From Gemmatimonadales bacterium (GTDB lineage Bacteria; Gemmatimonadota; Gemmatimonadetes; Gemmatimonadales; GWC2-71-9), in the NCBI GenBank assembly GCA_041577295.1, contig JBFGJG010000001.1, positions 160,001 through 224,000 of the forward strand: 64,000 bases of DNA. Reading direction: 5' to 3'. This document shows positions 51,389 to 61,924 of the stretch, in pieces (the first letter of the stretch is position 1; every line of letters begins with the position of its first letter). The notes below the pieces were generated by a model that saw only the letters and a program-made list of their open reading frames with translations, made no database searches and was not told the origin of the DNA. The position numbers were made by a program, and so were the translations under genes.

Positions 51389-52822
51389 TCAAGACGACGG
51401 ATTGCCCCGCAACGACGCATGAACTCGGTTGCGGCCGGCTCGCTTGGCCTTGTACAAGGCGGCGTCTGCCGCGGTAAACAGGTTCGCGACCTGACCTACG
51501 CTCTCCGGCACGGACGCCACCCCCACCGAGCACGTCATCTTGAGGTCGCTGCCGTCCCAGTGCAGTGCCGAATCCGCCAACCGGCCGCGAACCCGTTCCC
51601 CGACATCCACCGCCCTTGGGAGCGGGGTATCTGGCAGCCACAGCGCAAACTCCTCACCGCCGATGCGCGCCGCGAGATCGTTCTCGCGCAGGGTTCGACG
51701 GAAGACCTGAGCCACATGCTTGAGCGCGGCGTCGCCGGCGACGTGCCCGTGTCCATCGTTGAACTGCTTGAAGTGATCGAGATCCACGCAGAGCATCGAG
51801 CAGGCCCCTTGAGACCATCGTGCCAGGGCGCGATCGAGCGCACGCCTATTGGGCAAGCCGGTGAGTGGATCGGTCATTGCTCGTGTCTCCGCCGCCCGAA
51901 CCTCCAAGGCGCTGGCGAGCCGCGGCCCGGCATCCACGGTAAGCCACAGAATGCGTTCGAGCGTCCCCGCATCGAGCGAGTCGTGATTCCCAAAGACGAT
52001 CAGGGCGCCGATCCCTTCCCGCCCATCGCGCAGCGGAAACGCCGTGCCCCCGGAGCGGCGGAGACGCCGGTCGCTCCGACTCTGGCCGAGGAGGTCTTCG
52101 AACGTGGGGCCGACAACCGGAATGTCACCGATGCAGGCGCGTCCTACGGCGGAGTCGCTGCTGGCAATTACCCCGAAAAGCATCCGGTCGCCCCCCTGCG
52201 AAACCGCGACGATCGATGTGTTATGGGTCACGCGGTCTCGCAACGCCACTGCCGTGGGTCGCCCCGTCGTCTTCCTTACGGCCTCGGCCAACGCGTGGGC
52301 GAGCCCGTCTGGCGAGTGCGGGGCAATCGCGAGCCAATCCGGTATCCGATGGGCAATTGGTCGCCGGCTCGCCAGCTCGTGGCCGACGCGTAACTCGCCA
52401 AGCAATCGCCGCATCTCATCGCCCAACGCATCGAGTCGCTCGGTGGTCGTATCTGCGTCACCGAGCAAGAGGGCACACCCAAACTCCCCGTCTCCCACGG
52501 CCACCAGCACAACGTCTGTGCGCAGCACGTGGCGGCGCCCGTCCTCCATGGCGAGGCGTGCGGCTGCGGTCGTGCGCTGCGTGCGGGTTGGGTCTGGTGG
52601 CCCATCTGGATCACGCACGACGATGGCGTCACCGCCAAATCCAACGAGAGAGGCCACGGTCCCGCCATAGGCTCGTCGAAAGAGATCGATCACGTGCTCC
52701 TCGGTCCCCAGCAGTGGATCCGGCCCATGAGGATGGGTGCGAGGCCTGCGCCGTCGCAGAACCACCGCCGTTGCGATGACACCAAGGCCAAAACCGAGCA
52801 CTGCGAGCAACAAGCCGATCAT
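51389..52822 (-). CDS. Membrane-anchored diguanylate cyclase (GAF-like + GGDEF)
   Basis: N-terminal TM, DPLTGLPNRR, DLDHFKQFND, RxxD I-site (REND), GGEEF. Confidence 0.92.
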   Translation of the reverse strand: MIGLLLAVLGFGLGVIATAVVLRRRRPRTHPHGPDPLLGTEEHVIDLFRRAYGGTVASLVGFGGDAIVVRDPDGPPDPTRTQRTTAAARLAMEDGRRHVLRTDVVLVAVGDGEFGCALLLGDADTTTERLDALGDEMRRLLGELRVGHELASRRPIAHRIPDWLAIAPHSPDGLAHALAEAVRKTTGRPTAVALRDRVTHNTSIVAVSQGGDRMLFGVIASSDSAVGRACIGDIPVVGPTFEDLLGQSRSDRRLRRSGGTAFPLRDGREGIGALIVFGNHDSLDAGTLERILWLTVDAGPRLASALEVRAAETRAMTDPLTGLPNRRALDRALARWSQGACSMLCVDLDHFKQFNDGHGHVAGDAALKHVAQVFRRTLRENDLAARIGGEEFALWLPDTPLPRAVDVGERVRGRLADSALHWDGSDLKMTCSVGVASVPESVGQVANLFTAADAALYKAKRAGRNRVHASLRGNPSS

Positions 52823-53574
52823 GGCAGGTGGTTGATGCGCGACGCGGCTGCTGCCGCACCAAATCCGTTATCGATGTTCACGACCGTTACCCCCGAAGCG
52901 CACGAATTGAGCATGGCGAGCAGCGGGGCCACCCCCCCGAAGGACGCACCATACCCCACGCTCGTCGGAACCGCGATCACGGGCACGCGCACCATCCCTC
53001 CGACTACGGAGGCCAGCGCGCCGTCCATGCCCGCCACCACGATGACCACGGACGCTCGATCCAACGCCTCCGTTTGCCGCAAGATACGATGGATGCCCGC
53101 CACCCCCACGTCGTACAGAGTCTCGACGTCGTTGTGCATGGCACCAGCCACCACGGCGGCCTCCTGAGCCACCGGCATGTCGCTGGTGCCTGCACTCACC
53201 ACCAAGATTGTTCCCTTGCCCGTCGTGTTGGGCCGGGGATCCGGCGCCAGATGAACGACCCGAGCGACCTCGTCATACGTGGCCCGGGGAAACCGCTCGC
53301 GCAAAGCCGCTCGGGTTGCACCGTCGGCCCGCGTGGCGAGGAACGCCGCACTCGTCCGGGCCAAGGCCTCGCAGATTTCCACGACTTGCGGTGGGGTCTT
53401 CCCCTCGCACAAGACGACCTCGGGATACCCCTGCACGACGCCCCTCGCATGATCGACCTGTGCGAACTTGAGGTTCTCAATGGGAAATCGGCGGAGGCGG
53501 TCGAGAGCCGCGCTCGGCTGGACAGTACCGCTGGCGACTTCGGTAAGCAGGGAGATGAGCTGTTCCTCTGTCAC
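52819..53574 (-). CDS. larB: LarB-family (PurE-like) nickel-pincer cofactor biosynthesis carboxylase
   Basis: AGTSDMPVAQEA, DVGVAGIHR, AVPTSVGYG, VVNIDNGFGAA. Confidence 0.9.
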   Translation of the reverse strand: MTEEQLISLLTEVASGTVQPSAALDRLRRFPIENLKFAQVDHARGVVQGYPEVVLCEGKTPPQVVEICEALARTSAAFLATRADGATRAALRERFPRATYDEVARVVHLAPDPRPNTTGKGTILVVSAGTSDMPVAQEAAVVAGAMHNDVETLYDVGVAGIHRILRQTEALDRASVVIVVAGMDGALASVVGGMVRVPVIAVPTSVGYGASFGGVAPLLAMLNSCASGVTVVNIDNGFGAAAAASRINHLP

Positions 53575-54554
53575 CCGACCGCGGTCGCAGGTTGGAGGTA
53601 ATTGCGGAAAATGCGCTCGACCTCATGCATCGACTCGACCTGATGGAGCCGCTGCCGGAGCTCTGCTGCACCTGGGAGACCGCGCACGTACCAGCCGAGG
53701 TGCTTGCGGAACTCGATCGCCGTGCGTCGAGTGTTGCCCTGGATCTGCGCCTGCAACCGCGCGTGCTGTAACGCCACGGCGAGGCGCTCCGCCGGGGCTG
53801 GCCGCGGGCGGATCGTCTGCTCATCGAGCAACGCCCGGGCTTCCTGAAAGATCCACGGATTCCCAAACGAACCACGCGCAATCATGATCCCATCACATCC
53901 CGTCTCGCGCCACAGTCGGAGAGCGTCCGCCGCAGTCTTGATGTCTCCATTGCCAACGACCGGGATGTCCAACGCCTCCTTTACGGCAGCGATCTCCTCC
54001 CAGACCGCCTGGCCTCGGTACATCTGAGCGCGGGTTCTCGGATGCAGCGTGAGCACGGCGGCCCCCGCATCCTGACAGCGCAGAGCGATCTCGGTGGGTT
54101 GGCGAAGGGTCTCATCCCAACCACTCCGGATCTTGGCGGTCACGGGAAGGTGCGTAGACCGACGAACGGCGTCGATGATTCGCGCGACGAGGCCCAGATC
54201 CTTGAGGCATCCGGACCCCCCATTTCGCTTCACGACCTTCTTCACGGGACAGCCAAAGTTGATATCGATGAAGTCCGGGGCGTAGTGCTCGGTGACCAGC
54301 CGGCTCGCTTCCGCCATGCCGACGGGGTCGGCGCCGTACAGCTGGATCCCGATGGGCCGCTCCTCCTCCGTGAAGTATGCGCCGTCGTGTACGCTCTTGA
54401 TCCCTCGCCGGAGTCCCTCGCAAGACAAAAACTCCGAGACCACCACGTCCGCCCCAAACGAACGGCACAGGCGGCGAAACGGCGGCTCAGACACGCCGGC
54501 CATGGGTGCCAGGAACAGAGGAACCCGATGGTTCACCGGATAAGGGAATAGCAT
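53571..54554 (-). CDS. dusB: tRNA-dihydrouridine synthase DusB
   Basis: LAPMAG, DINFGCP, KIRSGWD, HPRTR, GNGDI, RKHLGWY. Start may be 54566. Confidence 0.93.
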   Translation of the reverse strand: MLFPYPVNHRVPLFLAPMAGVSEPPFRRLCRSFGADVVVSEFLSCEGLRRGIKSVHDGAYFTEEERPIGIQLYGADPVGMAEASRLVTEHYAPDFIDINFGCPVKKVVKRNGGSGCLKDLGLVARIIDAVRRSTHLPVTAKIRSGWDETLRQPTEIALRCQDAGAAVLTLHPRTRAQMYRGQAVWEEIAAVKEALDIPVVGNGDIKTAADALRLWRETGCDGIMIARGSFGNPWIFQEARALLDEQTIRPRPAPAERLAVALQHARLQAQIQGNTRRTAIEFRKHLGWYVRGLPGAAELRQRLHQVESMHEVERIFRNYLQPATAVG

Positions 54555-54600
54555 GGTGGCGAACATATAACCCGTTGTCAGGAGCCGGGCAACGGGGAGT

Positions 54601-54630
54601 TTGACAGTGGTAACCGGTGCCCATTAGCTT
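54601..54630 (+). promoter_or_regulatory. Putative sigma70 promoter for the PTS IIA gene
   Basis: TTGACA-N18-TAGCTT. Confidence 0.45.
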
Positions 54631-54664
54631 TGGCGCTTCTTTGAGCTTCGACTACTGCCAAATC

Positions 54665-55117
54665 ATGCGCCTCAAGGAATTCTTCTCGCCCGATGCCGTG
54701 AGCATCGACCTTCGGGGAGCGACCAAGGACGACATCATCAAGGAGCTCATCACGCTCCTGAAGCTCGATGCCAAGTCCGAGGCCGTCCTCTTCAAGATCG
54801 TGAAGCGGCGTGAAAACCTCGGCTCCACGGGCATCGGACGAGGGATCGCCATTCCGCATTGCCGCTCGCTGGTCGTCAACCGATTGAGGGTTGCCTTCGG
54901 GCGACGCCGGGAGGCGATCGACTTCAAGGCGATCGACGACAAGCCGGTTCAGTTTTTTTTCCTCATCGTCGCGCCGCCCCTCGAGGTCTCCAACCAGTAC
55001 CTGCCCGTCCTCGGGAAGATCGCGCAATTCGCCAAGGAGCCAGACGTCCCAGAGCGCCTCGCCGCACTGAACAGTCCAGAAGAGTTTTTCGAGCTGCTCG
55101 ACGAAAAGAATCTGTGA
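54665..55117 (+). CDS. PTS EIIA (PtsN/fructose-type) protein
   Basis: RENLGSTGIGRGIAIPHCR with phosphoacceptor His; FKAIDDKPV. Confidence 0.92.
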   Translation: MRLKEFFSPDAVSIDLRGATKDDIIKELITLLKLDAKSEAVLFKIVKRRENLGSTGIGRGIAIPHCRSLVVNRLRVAFGRRREAIDFKAIDDKPVQFFFLIVAPPLEVSNQYLPVLGKIAQFAKEPDVPERLAALNSPEEFFELLDEKNL

Positions 55118-55120
55118 GAA

Positions 55121-56683
55121 CTACTCCCACTCGATCGTGGCCGGGGGCTTGGAGCTGACGTCGTAGACCACGCGGTTGACGCCATCGACTTCGTTGATGA
55201 TACGGTTCGCAATGCGACCCACGACATCGGGGGGAAACGGGAACCAATCCGCCGTCATGCCATCGACGCTGGTCACCGCGCGGAGCGCGATCACGTTTTC
55301 ATAGGTTCGGGCGTCACCCATCACACCGACCGCGCGCACTGGCAGCAGGACGGCGAACGCCTGCCAGATATCGTCATACAACCCAGCTTCCCGAATCTCG
55401 TCGATGTAGATGGCGTCCGCGTGACGCAGAAGATGTAATTCGGGAGACGTCACGGGCCCAAGGATCCGTATTGCCAGCCCCGGACCGGGGAACGGATGGC
55501 GTCCTACGATCTCTTCCGGTAGGCCGAGCTCCCGCCCGACCTGTCGCACTTCGTCCTTGAACAGATCCCGGAGCGGCTCGATCAGCGCGAAGGGAAGATC
55601 CGGCCGCAATCCGCCGACGTTGTGATGCGTTTTGATCGTGGCGGACGGCCCTCCCCTGGGAGAAATCGATTCGATGACGTCCGGGTACAGGGTCCCTTGT
55701 ACGAGGAACTGGACGTCGCTGCCCACTGCCGTCGCTGCATCTTCAAAGACATCGATGAACGTGTGCCCGATGATGCGCCGCTTCTCCTCCGGCTCCTCGA
55801 TTCCGGCCAGGCGCTCGAGAAACGTCTTCGAGGCGTCGATCACCCGGAGATCCATTCCCATATGTCTGCGGAACACCCGCTCCACTTGCTGCCGCTCGTG
55901 TAGCCTGAGAAGGCCATGATCTACGAGGATACACGTCAACCGACTCCCCAACGCCCGGTGCACGAGCACCGCGGCCACGGCAGAGTCCACCCCGCCGGAG
56001 AGACCGCAGATTGCTCGATCGGTTTGACCCACCCGCTCCCGAATCAACCGCACCTGCTCGTCGATGAAGTGGCCCGCGGTCCAGTCCGATGCGCACCGGC
56101 ACACGCCAAACAGGAAATTCGCAAGAATCTCCCGCCCACGCGGCGTGTGGGCCACCTCGGGATGGAACTGGACACCCATCAGACAGCGCTGCGCATCGGC
56201 GAATGCGGCGATGATCGATGCCCGGTCGCTCATGGCGGTGACGGCAAAACCGGGACCCGGCTCCACGACGGTGTCGCCGTGGCTCATCCAGACACTGAGC
56301 TCCTCATCCACATCAAACCCCGCGAACAATGGATCCACGACGGCGACCCTCACGCTCGCGCGTCCGTACTCGCGCTTCCCAGTGTGCTCCACGCGCCCAC
56401 CCGTGTGCTGCGCGATCAGCTGCATCCCGTAACACACACCCAGGGTGGGTATGCCGAGCTCGAGGATGGCGGGATCGAGCTGCGGGGCATCCACGCCATA
56501 TACCGACGCGGGTCCGCCCGACAGGATGATCCCCCGGGGCCGCTGGGCGGCAATCCACGCTACCTCGCACCCCGCTGGTTGAATCTCGCAGTACACGTGG
56601 GCCTCACGGATACGACGCGCGATCAGCTGCGTGTATTGGCTCCCGTAGTCCAAAATGAGAATCCCGCCCTGGAGGTGCGTCAT
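55121..56683 (-). CDS. guaA: GMP synthase (glutamine-hydrolysing)
   Basis: [34 protein letters not shown]. Confidence 0.97.
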   Translation of the reverse strand: MTHLQGGILILDYGSQYTQLIARRIREAHVYCEIQPAGCEVAWIAAQRPRGIILSGGPASVYGVDAPQLDPAILELGIPTLGVCYGMQLIAQHTGGRVEHTGKREYGRASVRVAVVDPLFAGFDVDEELSVWMSHGDTVVEPGPGFAVTAMSDRASIIAAFADAQRCLMGVQFHPEVAHTPRGREILANFLFGVCRCASDWTAGHFIDEQVRLIRERVGQTDRAICGLSGGVDSAVAAVLVHRALGSRLTCILVDHGLLRLHERQQVERVFRRHMGMDLRVIDASKTFLERLAGIEEPEEKRRIIGHTFIDVFEDAATAVGSDVQFLVQGTLYPDVIESISPRGGPSATIKTHHNVGGLRPDLPFALIEPLRDLFKDEVRQVGRELGLPEEIVGRHPFPGPGLAIRILGPVTSPELHLLRHADAIYIDEIREAGLYDDIWQAFAVLLPVRAVGVMGDARTYENVIALRAVTSVDGMTADWFPFPPDVVGRIANRIINEVDGVNRVVYDVSSKPPATIEWE

Positions 56684-56688
56684 GCAGT

Positions 56689-57945
56689 TCACTCCCGCCA
56701 GATGGGGGTCACCGTTTCCCCGCGCATCAAATCGTCCACTCGTTCTCGCTCCCGCACGAGGGCCCAACGACCATCGTCCACCAGCACTTCCGCGGGACGC
56801 GGTCGAGAGTTGTACGTCGAGCTCATCGAGAACCCGTAGGCACCGACATCGAGAACGGCGAGCAACGCGCCGGGCGCGATCCCGGGTAGGTGTCGATCGA
56901 GCCCGAGAAAATCACCGGTCTCGCAGACGGGACCCACGACATCCACTCGCGCCGCGAGGTCACTCGAGGTACACCCACCATCCACGAGGAGAATGCGGTG
57001 CACCGCGCGATAGAGAGCTGGACGCAGGAGATCGTTCATGCCCGCATCGACTACTACGAGTTCCTTTCCACCGGAGTGTTTACGGTAGAGGCACCGCGTG
57101 AGGAGAAGCCCTGCCGTGCCGACGAGAAACCGCCCCGGCTCGATCAAGACCGTAAGACCCACCTGACGGGTCAGCGGACTAACGGCCTGCGCAAACGCCT
57201 CAGCGGTGAGCTCGGCCTCGTCGTTGTACCGGACGCCGAGACCACCCCCGATATCGACCGATTCCAAGGAATCGATCCCCGCTTCCCGCAACAGCTCGAG
57301 AATCTCGCGGAGCACGAGCGCGGCGGCCTCGAAGTGTTTGGGGTCGAGAATCTGCGAGCCGATGTGCATCCCGATGCTGCTGAGCCGGAGCTCTCCTCCG
57401 GTCATGGCGTCGCAAGCCATCGGCACGACCTGATCCACCGGCACGCCAAATTTGATGCCCTTGCCCGCGGTTTGCGTGTAGGGATGGGTTTCTGCTGTGA
57501 CCTCTGGATTCACGCGGATCCCGACGCGGGGCACGACTCCACGCGACCGGGCCGCTTCGCGCAGGGTCTCCAGCTCACCGCGCGACTCGATATTGATGAG
57601 ACCCACACCCGCATCGAGCGCCTCGGTCAGCTCCCCTGCCGTTTTGCCCACCCCGCTGAACACGATCTGGTTTGGAGCGAATCCCGCCCGAAGTGCCCTC
57701 GCCAACTCGCCACGTGACACGATATCCGCACCCGCGCCCAGCTGCCGCAGCAGCGCCAAGATTGCGAGGTTGCTGTTTGCCTTGATCGAATAACAAATCC
57801 GATGCCGCGTGCGTCCGAACGCGTTGGACAGGCGGTGGTACTGGGCGCGAATCTCGCCCGCGTCATAGACATAGACCGGTGTGCCTACATCCCCAGCGAT
57901 CCTGAGCAGCAGCTCGGAGGCGCCGGTCAGTAGGCTTTCGCCCAT
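56689..57945 (-). CDS. lysA: Diaminopimelate decarboxylase
   Basis: [40 protein letters not shown]. Confidence 0.95.
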   Translation of the reverse strand: MGESLLTGASELLLRIAGDVGTPVYVYDAGEIRAQYHRLSNAFGRTRHRICYSIKANSNLAILALLRQLGAGADIVSRGELARALRAGFAPNQIVFSGVGKTAGELTEALDAGVGLINIESRGELETLREAARSRGVVPRVGIRVNPEVTAETHPYTQTAGKGIKFGVPVDQVVPMACDAMTGGELRLSSIGMHIGSQILDPKHFEAAALVLREILELLREAGIDSLESVDIGGGLGVRYNDEAELTAEAFAQAVSPLTRQVGLTVLIEPGRFLVGTAGLLLTRCLYRKHSGGKELVVVDAGMNDLLRPALYRAVHRILLVDGGCTSSDLAARVDVVGPVCETGDFLGLDRHLPGIAPGALLAVLDVGAYGFSMSSTYNSRPRPAEVLVDDGRWALVRERERVDDLMRGETVTPIWRE

Positions 57946-59372
57946 ATCGCTTCTCCAGTGGCCGCGTCACCACACCACGCACAGACCGTGGGGGCCGGAT
58001 CGGAGCGGAACTCCTCGTCCGGCAGCACGCGAATCGTGGCCTTGGTCTGCTCTTGCACAGCGATCTCGCACTCGCGGTTTCCACAAAAGCCGCCGTACGC
58101 GAAGCCACCGGGGCCGTTCAGGAACTCGATGAGTTGCGGTCTGGTCGCACCACGCAGGGTGTTCTGCTCGCGCCGCGTGCGGGCCGTTGCCAGGAGCTCC
58201 TGTTGGATCTCCTCGAGTCCCTGACGCACAGCGTGAGCGAGGCCCTCCCGCGGCAGGGGCGTTTTCCCCCCCAAGCGACGGGCGAGCACGACCTGTTTCC
58301 GATCAACGTCGCGAGGACCCACTTCGATCCGCAGCGGCACTCCACGCTCTTCCCAGTAGTAGTACTTGGCCCCGGGTTTCATGCCCTCGCGGTCGTCGAG
58401 CTCAACACGAAGCGACGCCTCACGCAGCTCCGCGACGATGCGACTTCCCTGCTCGAGAACGAGCTGTCGTTGCTCGTCTGACCTCCAGATCGGAACGACC
58501 ACGACCTGCGTCGGCGCGAGTCGGGGCGGACAGATGAGACCGCGGTCATCACTATGAGTGAGAATCAGACCACCTACGAGGCGAGTCGAAACACCCCAGG
58601 AGGTACTCCACACGTATTCCATCTCACCCTGTTCGGTCTGAAAACGGACGTTGAAGGCCCGGGCGAAGTTCTGACCCAGATAATGCGACGTCCCGGCTTG
58701 CAGGCCTTTGTTGTCCTGCATCAACCCCTCGAGCGCGTGTGTGCGGACGGCACCGGCGAACTTCTCGGCCTCTGTCTTCACGCCCGTCACGACCGGTAAG
58801 GCCATCCAGTCCTCCATGAACGTTCGGTACACACCGAGCATTTGACGCGCCTCCGCTTCTGCCTCCTCGGCCGTCGCGTGGGCGGTGTGCCCCTCTTGCC
58901 ACAGGAACTCCGTTGTCCGGAGAAATAGACGCGTGCGCATTTCCCATCGCACCACGTTGGCCCATTGATTCAACAGGACGGGCAGATCACGATGGCTCTG
59001 CACCCACTTCGACAACATCTCGTAGATGATGGTCTCCGACGTAGGCCGAATGACGAGCGGTTCCTCCAGCTCCTTCCCACCGCCGTGCGTCACCACCGCC
59101 GTTTGGGGCGAGAACCCCTCGACGTGCTCGGCCTCCCTCGCAAGGAATGACTGTGGAATGAACAGCGGGAAGTACGCATTCTGGTGACCCGTGGCCCGGA
59201 ACATGTCGTCCAAGGCCCCCTGCATCAGCTCCCAAATACGATAGCCTCTCGGCCGGATCACCATGCAGCCGCGCACGGGAGAATAGTCGGCCAACTCAGC
59301 CCGCTTGATCACATCGTTGTACCACGCGCTGAAATCTTCGCTACGCGGCGTAATCGACTGCTCTTGACTCAT
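57927..59372 (-). CDS. proS: Proline--tRNA ligase (archaeal/eukaryote type)
   Basis: RPTSET, WANVVRWE, FLRTTEFLWQEGH, QAGTSH, C-terminal AKAY. Confidence 0.96.
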   Translation of the reverse strand: MSQEQSITPRSEDFSAWYNDVIKRAELADYSPVRGCMVIRPRGYRIWELMQGALDDMFRATGHQNAYFPLFIPQSFLAREAEHVEGFSPQTAVVTHGGGKELEEPLVIRPTSETIIYEMLSKWVQSHRDLPVLLNQWANVVRWEMRTRLFLRTTEFLWQEGHTAHATAEEAEAEARQMLGVYRTFMEDWMALPVVTGVKTEAEKFAGAVRTHALEGLMQDNKGLQAGTSHYLGQNFARAFNVRFQTEQGEMEYVWSTSWGVSTRLVGGLILTHSDDRGLICPPRLAPTQVVVVPIWRSDEQRQLVLEQGSRIVAELREASLRVELDDREGMKPGAKYYYWEERGVPLRIEVGPRDVDRKQVVLARRLGGKTPLPREGLAHAVRQGLEEIQQELLATARTRREQNTLRGATRPQLIEFLNGPGGFAYGGFCGNRECEIAVQEQTKATIRVLPDEEFRSDPAPTVCAWCGDAATGEAIWAKAY

Positions 59373-59417
59373 TGGCGTCTCGGTCGCTCCCAGCTGCTAC
59401 GATGAATCGGTGCGGCG

Positions 59418-60710
59418 TCACGAGGTGAGCCGCGTCACGAGCGCATCGAGGGACACGCGCTCCTCGCGCCCGGAGTCGAGCTCGCGCACGGCAACTTGGC
59501 CCGCGGCCCGTTCATCCGGGCCCACCACGACCGCAAAGCGCGCTGCGCGTGCCGCCGCAGTTTTCAGCTGCTTGGTGATCGATTGCTGCTTGAGCGCGAA
59601 CTCGGAGCGCACACCCTCATCCCGTAAACGGTGGGCAAGTCGCAGTACGTGGGGTACGTCCTCGCTGGTGACCGCTACCAGGAATGCGTCTAGCGTGCTG
59701 CGCTGCCCCGCAACGAGTCCGTGTTCTCGAATCAACTCGCCCAATACCACATCCCCCATGCCGAACCCGACGGCGGGGAGATCAGGTCCTCCCAACGCGG
59801 CGAGCAGGCCATCGTATCGGCCACCCCCACAAATGGCACGCAAGGATCCCGCCGCATCGAACAGCTCGAAGACAAGACCCGTATAGTACGCGAGCCCTCG
59901 TACCACCGAGAGGTCGACATCCACGAACGTGCCGAGATCCATTTGCTGGAGCGCGGTAACACACTCGTGCAGGGGCTCCCCTGCCACCGTGAGGTCGCTC
60001 GCGTCACAGTGCTCTCGCAACGCGTCCAACCCCTTGATTTCTCCGATTGCCAGGATGCGATCCGGCAAGCCCGAGCCCGTCTTCAAGCCGAGGTCCTTCC
60101 GCAGCGTCTCGACGAGGTCCGCGCGAGGAGCACGACCCAGCTTGTCGATAGCAGCGTACGCCGCTGGTAGCTGCGCCACCGAAAGTCCCACCCGCTCGAG
60201 CAGTGACTGGGCAACTCGGCGGTCGGAGATACGCACGCGCACGTGTTGCGGACCCAGACCCAAGGCGCGCATCACGTCGATGGCCGCGGCGATGATTTCG
60301 GTGTCCGCCAGGGCACCCAGCTCGCCCAGAATATCCATGTTGAGCTGAAAGTGCTCCCGAAGTCGCCCCCGCTGCTGACGCTCGTATCGGAACAGCTGCG
60401 GGATGGCGAACCAGCGGATGGGCTTCTTCAGCGCGCTACCGCGCGCTCCCACCATCCTCGCCAGCGTCGGCGTCATTTCCGGACGCAAGGCGACGTGTCT
60501 GCCACCTTTGTCCTCGAAGTCGTACAGCTGCGCGACGATCTCCTCCCCACTCTTTCGGGTGTACAGATCCACCGGCTCGAGCGGTGGGCCATCGTACTCC
60601 TGAAAGCCGTACCGCAAGGCCACGTCACGCCAGACGTTCAGGATATGGTTCCGGAGAGCGAGGTCGTCGGGGTAGAAGTCACGAAAACCCGGCAGACCCT
60701 GGATTTGCAT
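59418..60710 (-). CDS. hisS: Histidine--tRNA ligase
   Basis: GFRDFYP, LRPEMTP, FRYER, RGLAYYTG, GGGRYD. Confidence 0.96.
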   Translation of the reverse strand: MQIQGLPGFRDFYPDDLALRNHILNVWRDVALRYGFQEYDGPPLEPVDLYTRKSGEEIVAQLYDFEDKGGRHVALRPEMTPTLARMVGARGSALKKPIRWFAIPQLFRYERQQRGRLREHFQLNMDILGELGALADTEIIAAAIDVMRALGLGPQHVRVRISDRRVAQSLLERVGLSVAQLPAAYAAIDKLGRAPRADLVETLRKDLGLKTGSGLPDRILAIGEIKGLDALREHCDASDLTVAGEPLHECVTALQQMDLGTFVDVDLSVVRGLAYYTGLVFELFDAAGSLRAICGGGRYDGLLAALGGPDLPAVGFGMGDVVLGELIREHGLVAGQRSTLDAFLVAVTSEDVPHVLRLAHRLRDEGVRSEFALKQQSITKQLKTAAARAARFAVVVGPDERAAGQVAVRELDSGREERVSLDALVTRLTS

Positions 60711-60715
60711 GGCAC

Positions 60716-60745
60716 AATCTACCCGAGCGGCGCGAACCCCGGCAA
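60716..60745 (-). promoter_or_regulatory. Putative internal leaderless promoter for hisS
   Basis: TTGCCG-N18-TAGATT, 5 nt before ATG 60710; no SD. Confidence 0.4.
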
Positions 60746-61924
60746 CCGGGCCATCGCATCACCGACCGTGTGAAACGACCCCGTCACGAGCACGGTGGCC
60801 GCGCCGTGCTGTACGCGGGCTAGCGCGTCCTCGAAAACAGGTTCGATGCTTGTCGGCGGGCGGACGTTGCTAGCCACCTGTCTGAGGTCCCATCGCCGCT
60901 CTGGAGGAGCACTTGGTGGCTGGGTTACCCAAAGCCGGTCGCACGTGGTCGCTAGCGTCTCGAGCATCCCCTGCCAATCCTTGTCCCGCAGGATGCCAAC
61001 CAAGGCATGGAGTGGCCGCGGCGGGGGCGTCGTATCGAGAAACCGGGAGAGCGCTTCGATACCTGGCAGATTATGGGCGACATCGAAGATCCACTTCCCT
61101 CGCAGATCGAGCCGGCCGGGGAGTGTGGCCGCGGCGAACGAACGGCGGACAGTCTGAACGTCGGGACGGAAAGAAGCCGGGAGCTCGTCCAGGACGGCGA
61201 GCGCAACCGCGGCGTTCCGCCGCTGGTGATCTCCCCTGAGTGCGAGGGGCTCTTCATAACGCGACCCGGCGGGCACGACGACCGGGCAGGCGCCCACGCG
61301 CTCCGCATGCCCGAGGAGCACAGCCCGCGACTGCTCGTCTTCTTCACCAATCACAAACGGAACACCCGGCTTAGCAATGCCGGCCTTCTCGCGTGCGATG
61401 TCCGTCAGCGACTCCCCGAGGTAATCGGTGTGCTCTCGCCGGACGTGGGTCACACAACTCACGAGGGGATCGAGCACATTAGTCGCATCGAGGCGTCCGC
61501 CGAGCCCGACTTCCACGACGGCGACCGCAGCCCCGCGCGCCGCGAAGTCGGCAAAGGCAATCGCCGTTGTCGCCTCGAAAAAGCTCGCGCCGGTACCTTC
61601 GACGGTATCCCTCAGGGCAACGGTCCACGCCGTGAAGGCTTGCTCGGTCATAGGACGGTCATTCACGATCATGCGCTCCCTGATCGATACCAGGTGGGGT
61701 GACGTGTACAGCGCAACGCTGTGTCCCGCGGCCCGCAGGGTGCGATACACCAGCGCGGCGACCGACCCCTTGCCGTTCGTCCCGCCGATGTGAATGGTCA
61801 CGAAGTGGCGCTGCGGTTGTCCCAGCTGTTCGAGGAGACGCTGGGTAGGACCGAGAGACCACGTGGTGGCCCCGCCGGTGCGTTTCGAGAGATAGGCTAC
61901 CGCAGAATCGAAGGTGAGGCTCAG
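60719..61924 (-). CDS. folC: Folylpolyglutamate/dihydrofolate synthase (probable CTG start)
   Basis: GTNGKGS, YTSPHL, EVGLGGRLDATN, EKAGI, DVAHN, GSF. The frame stays open upstream of GTG 61801 to CTG 61924. Confidence 0.93.
   Translation of the reverse strand: MSLTFDSAVAYLSKRTGGATTWSLGPTQRLLEQLGQPQRHFVTIHIGGTNGKGSVAALVYRTLRAAGHSVALYTSPHLVSIRERMIVNDRPMTEQAFTAWTVALRDTVEGTGASFFEATTAIAFADFAARGAAVAVVEVGLGGRLDATNVLDPLVSCVTHVRREHTDYLGESLTDIAREKAGIAKPGVPFVIGEEDEQSRAVLLGHAERVGACPVVVPAGSRYEEPLALRGDHQRRNAAVALAVLDELPASFRPDVQTVRRSFAAATLPGRLDLRGKWIFDVAHNLPGIEALSRFLDTTPPPRPLHALVGILRDKDWQGMLETLATTCDRLWVTQPPSAPPERRWDLRQVASNVRPPTSIEPVFEDALARVQHGAATVLVTGSFHTVGDAMARLPGFAPLG

Noticed and set aside
57927..59372. 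Archaeal/eukaryote-type ProRS as a sign of recent horizontal transfer
   Set aside because: This type is common in many bacterial phyla, and composition and context match the neighbouring genes.
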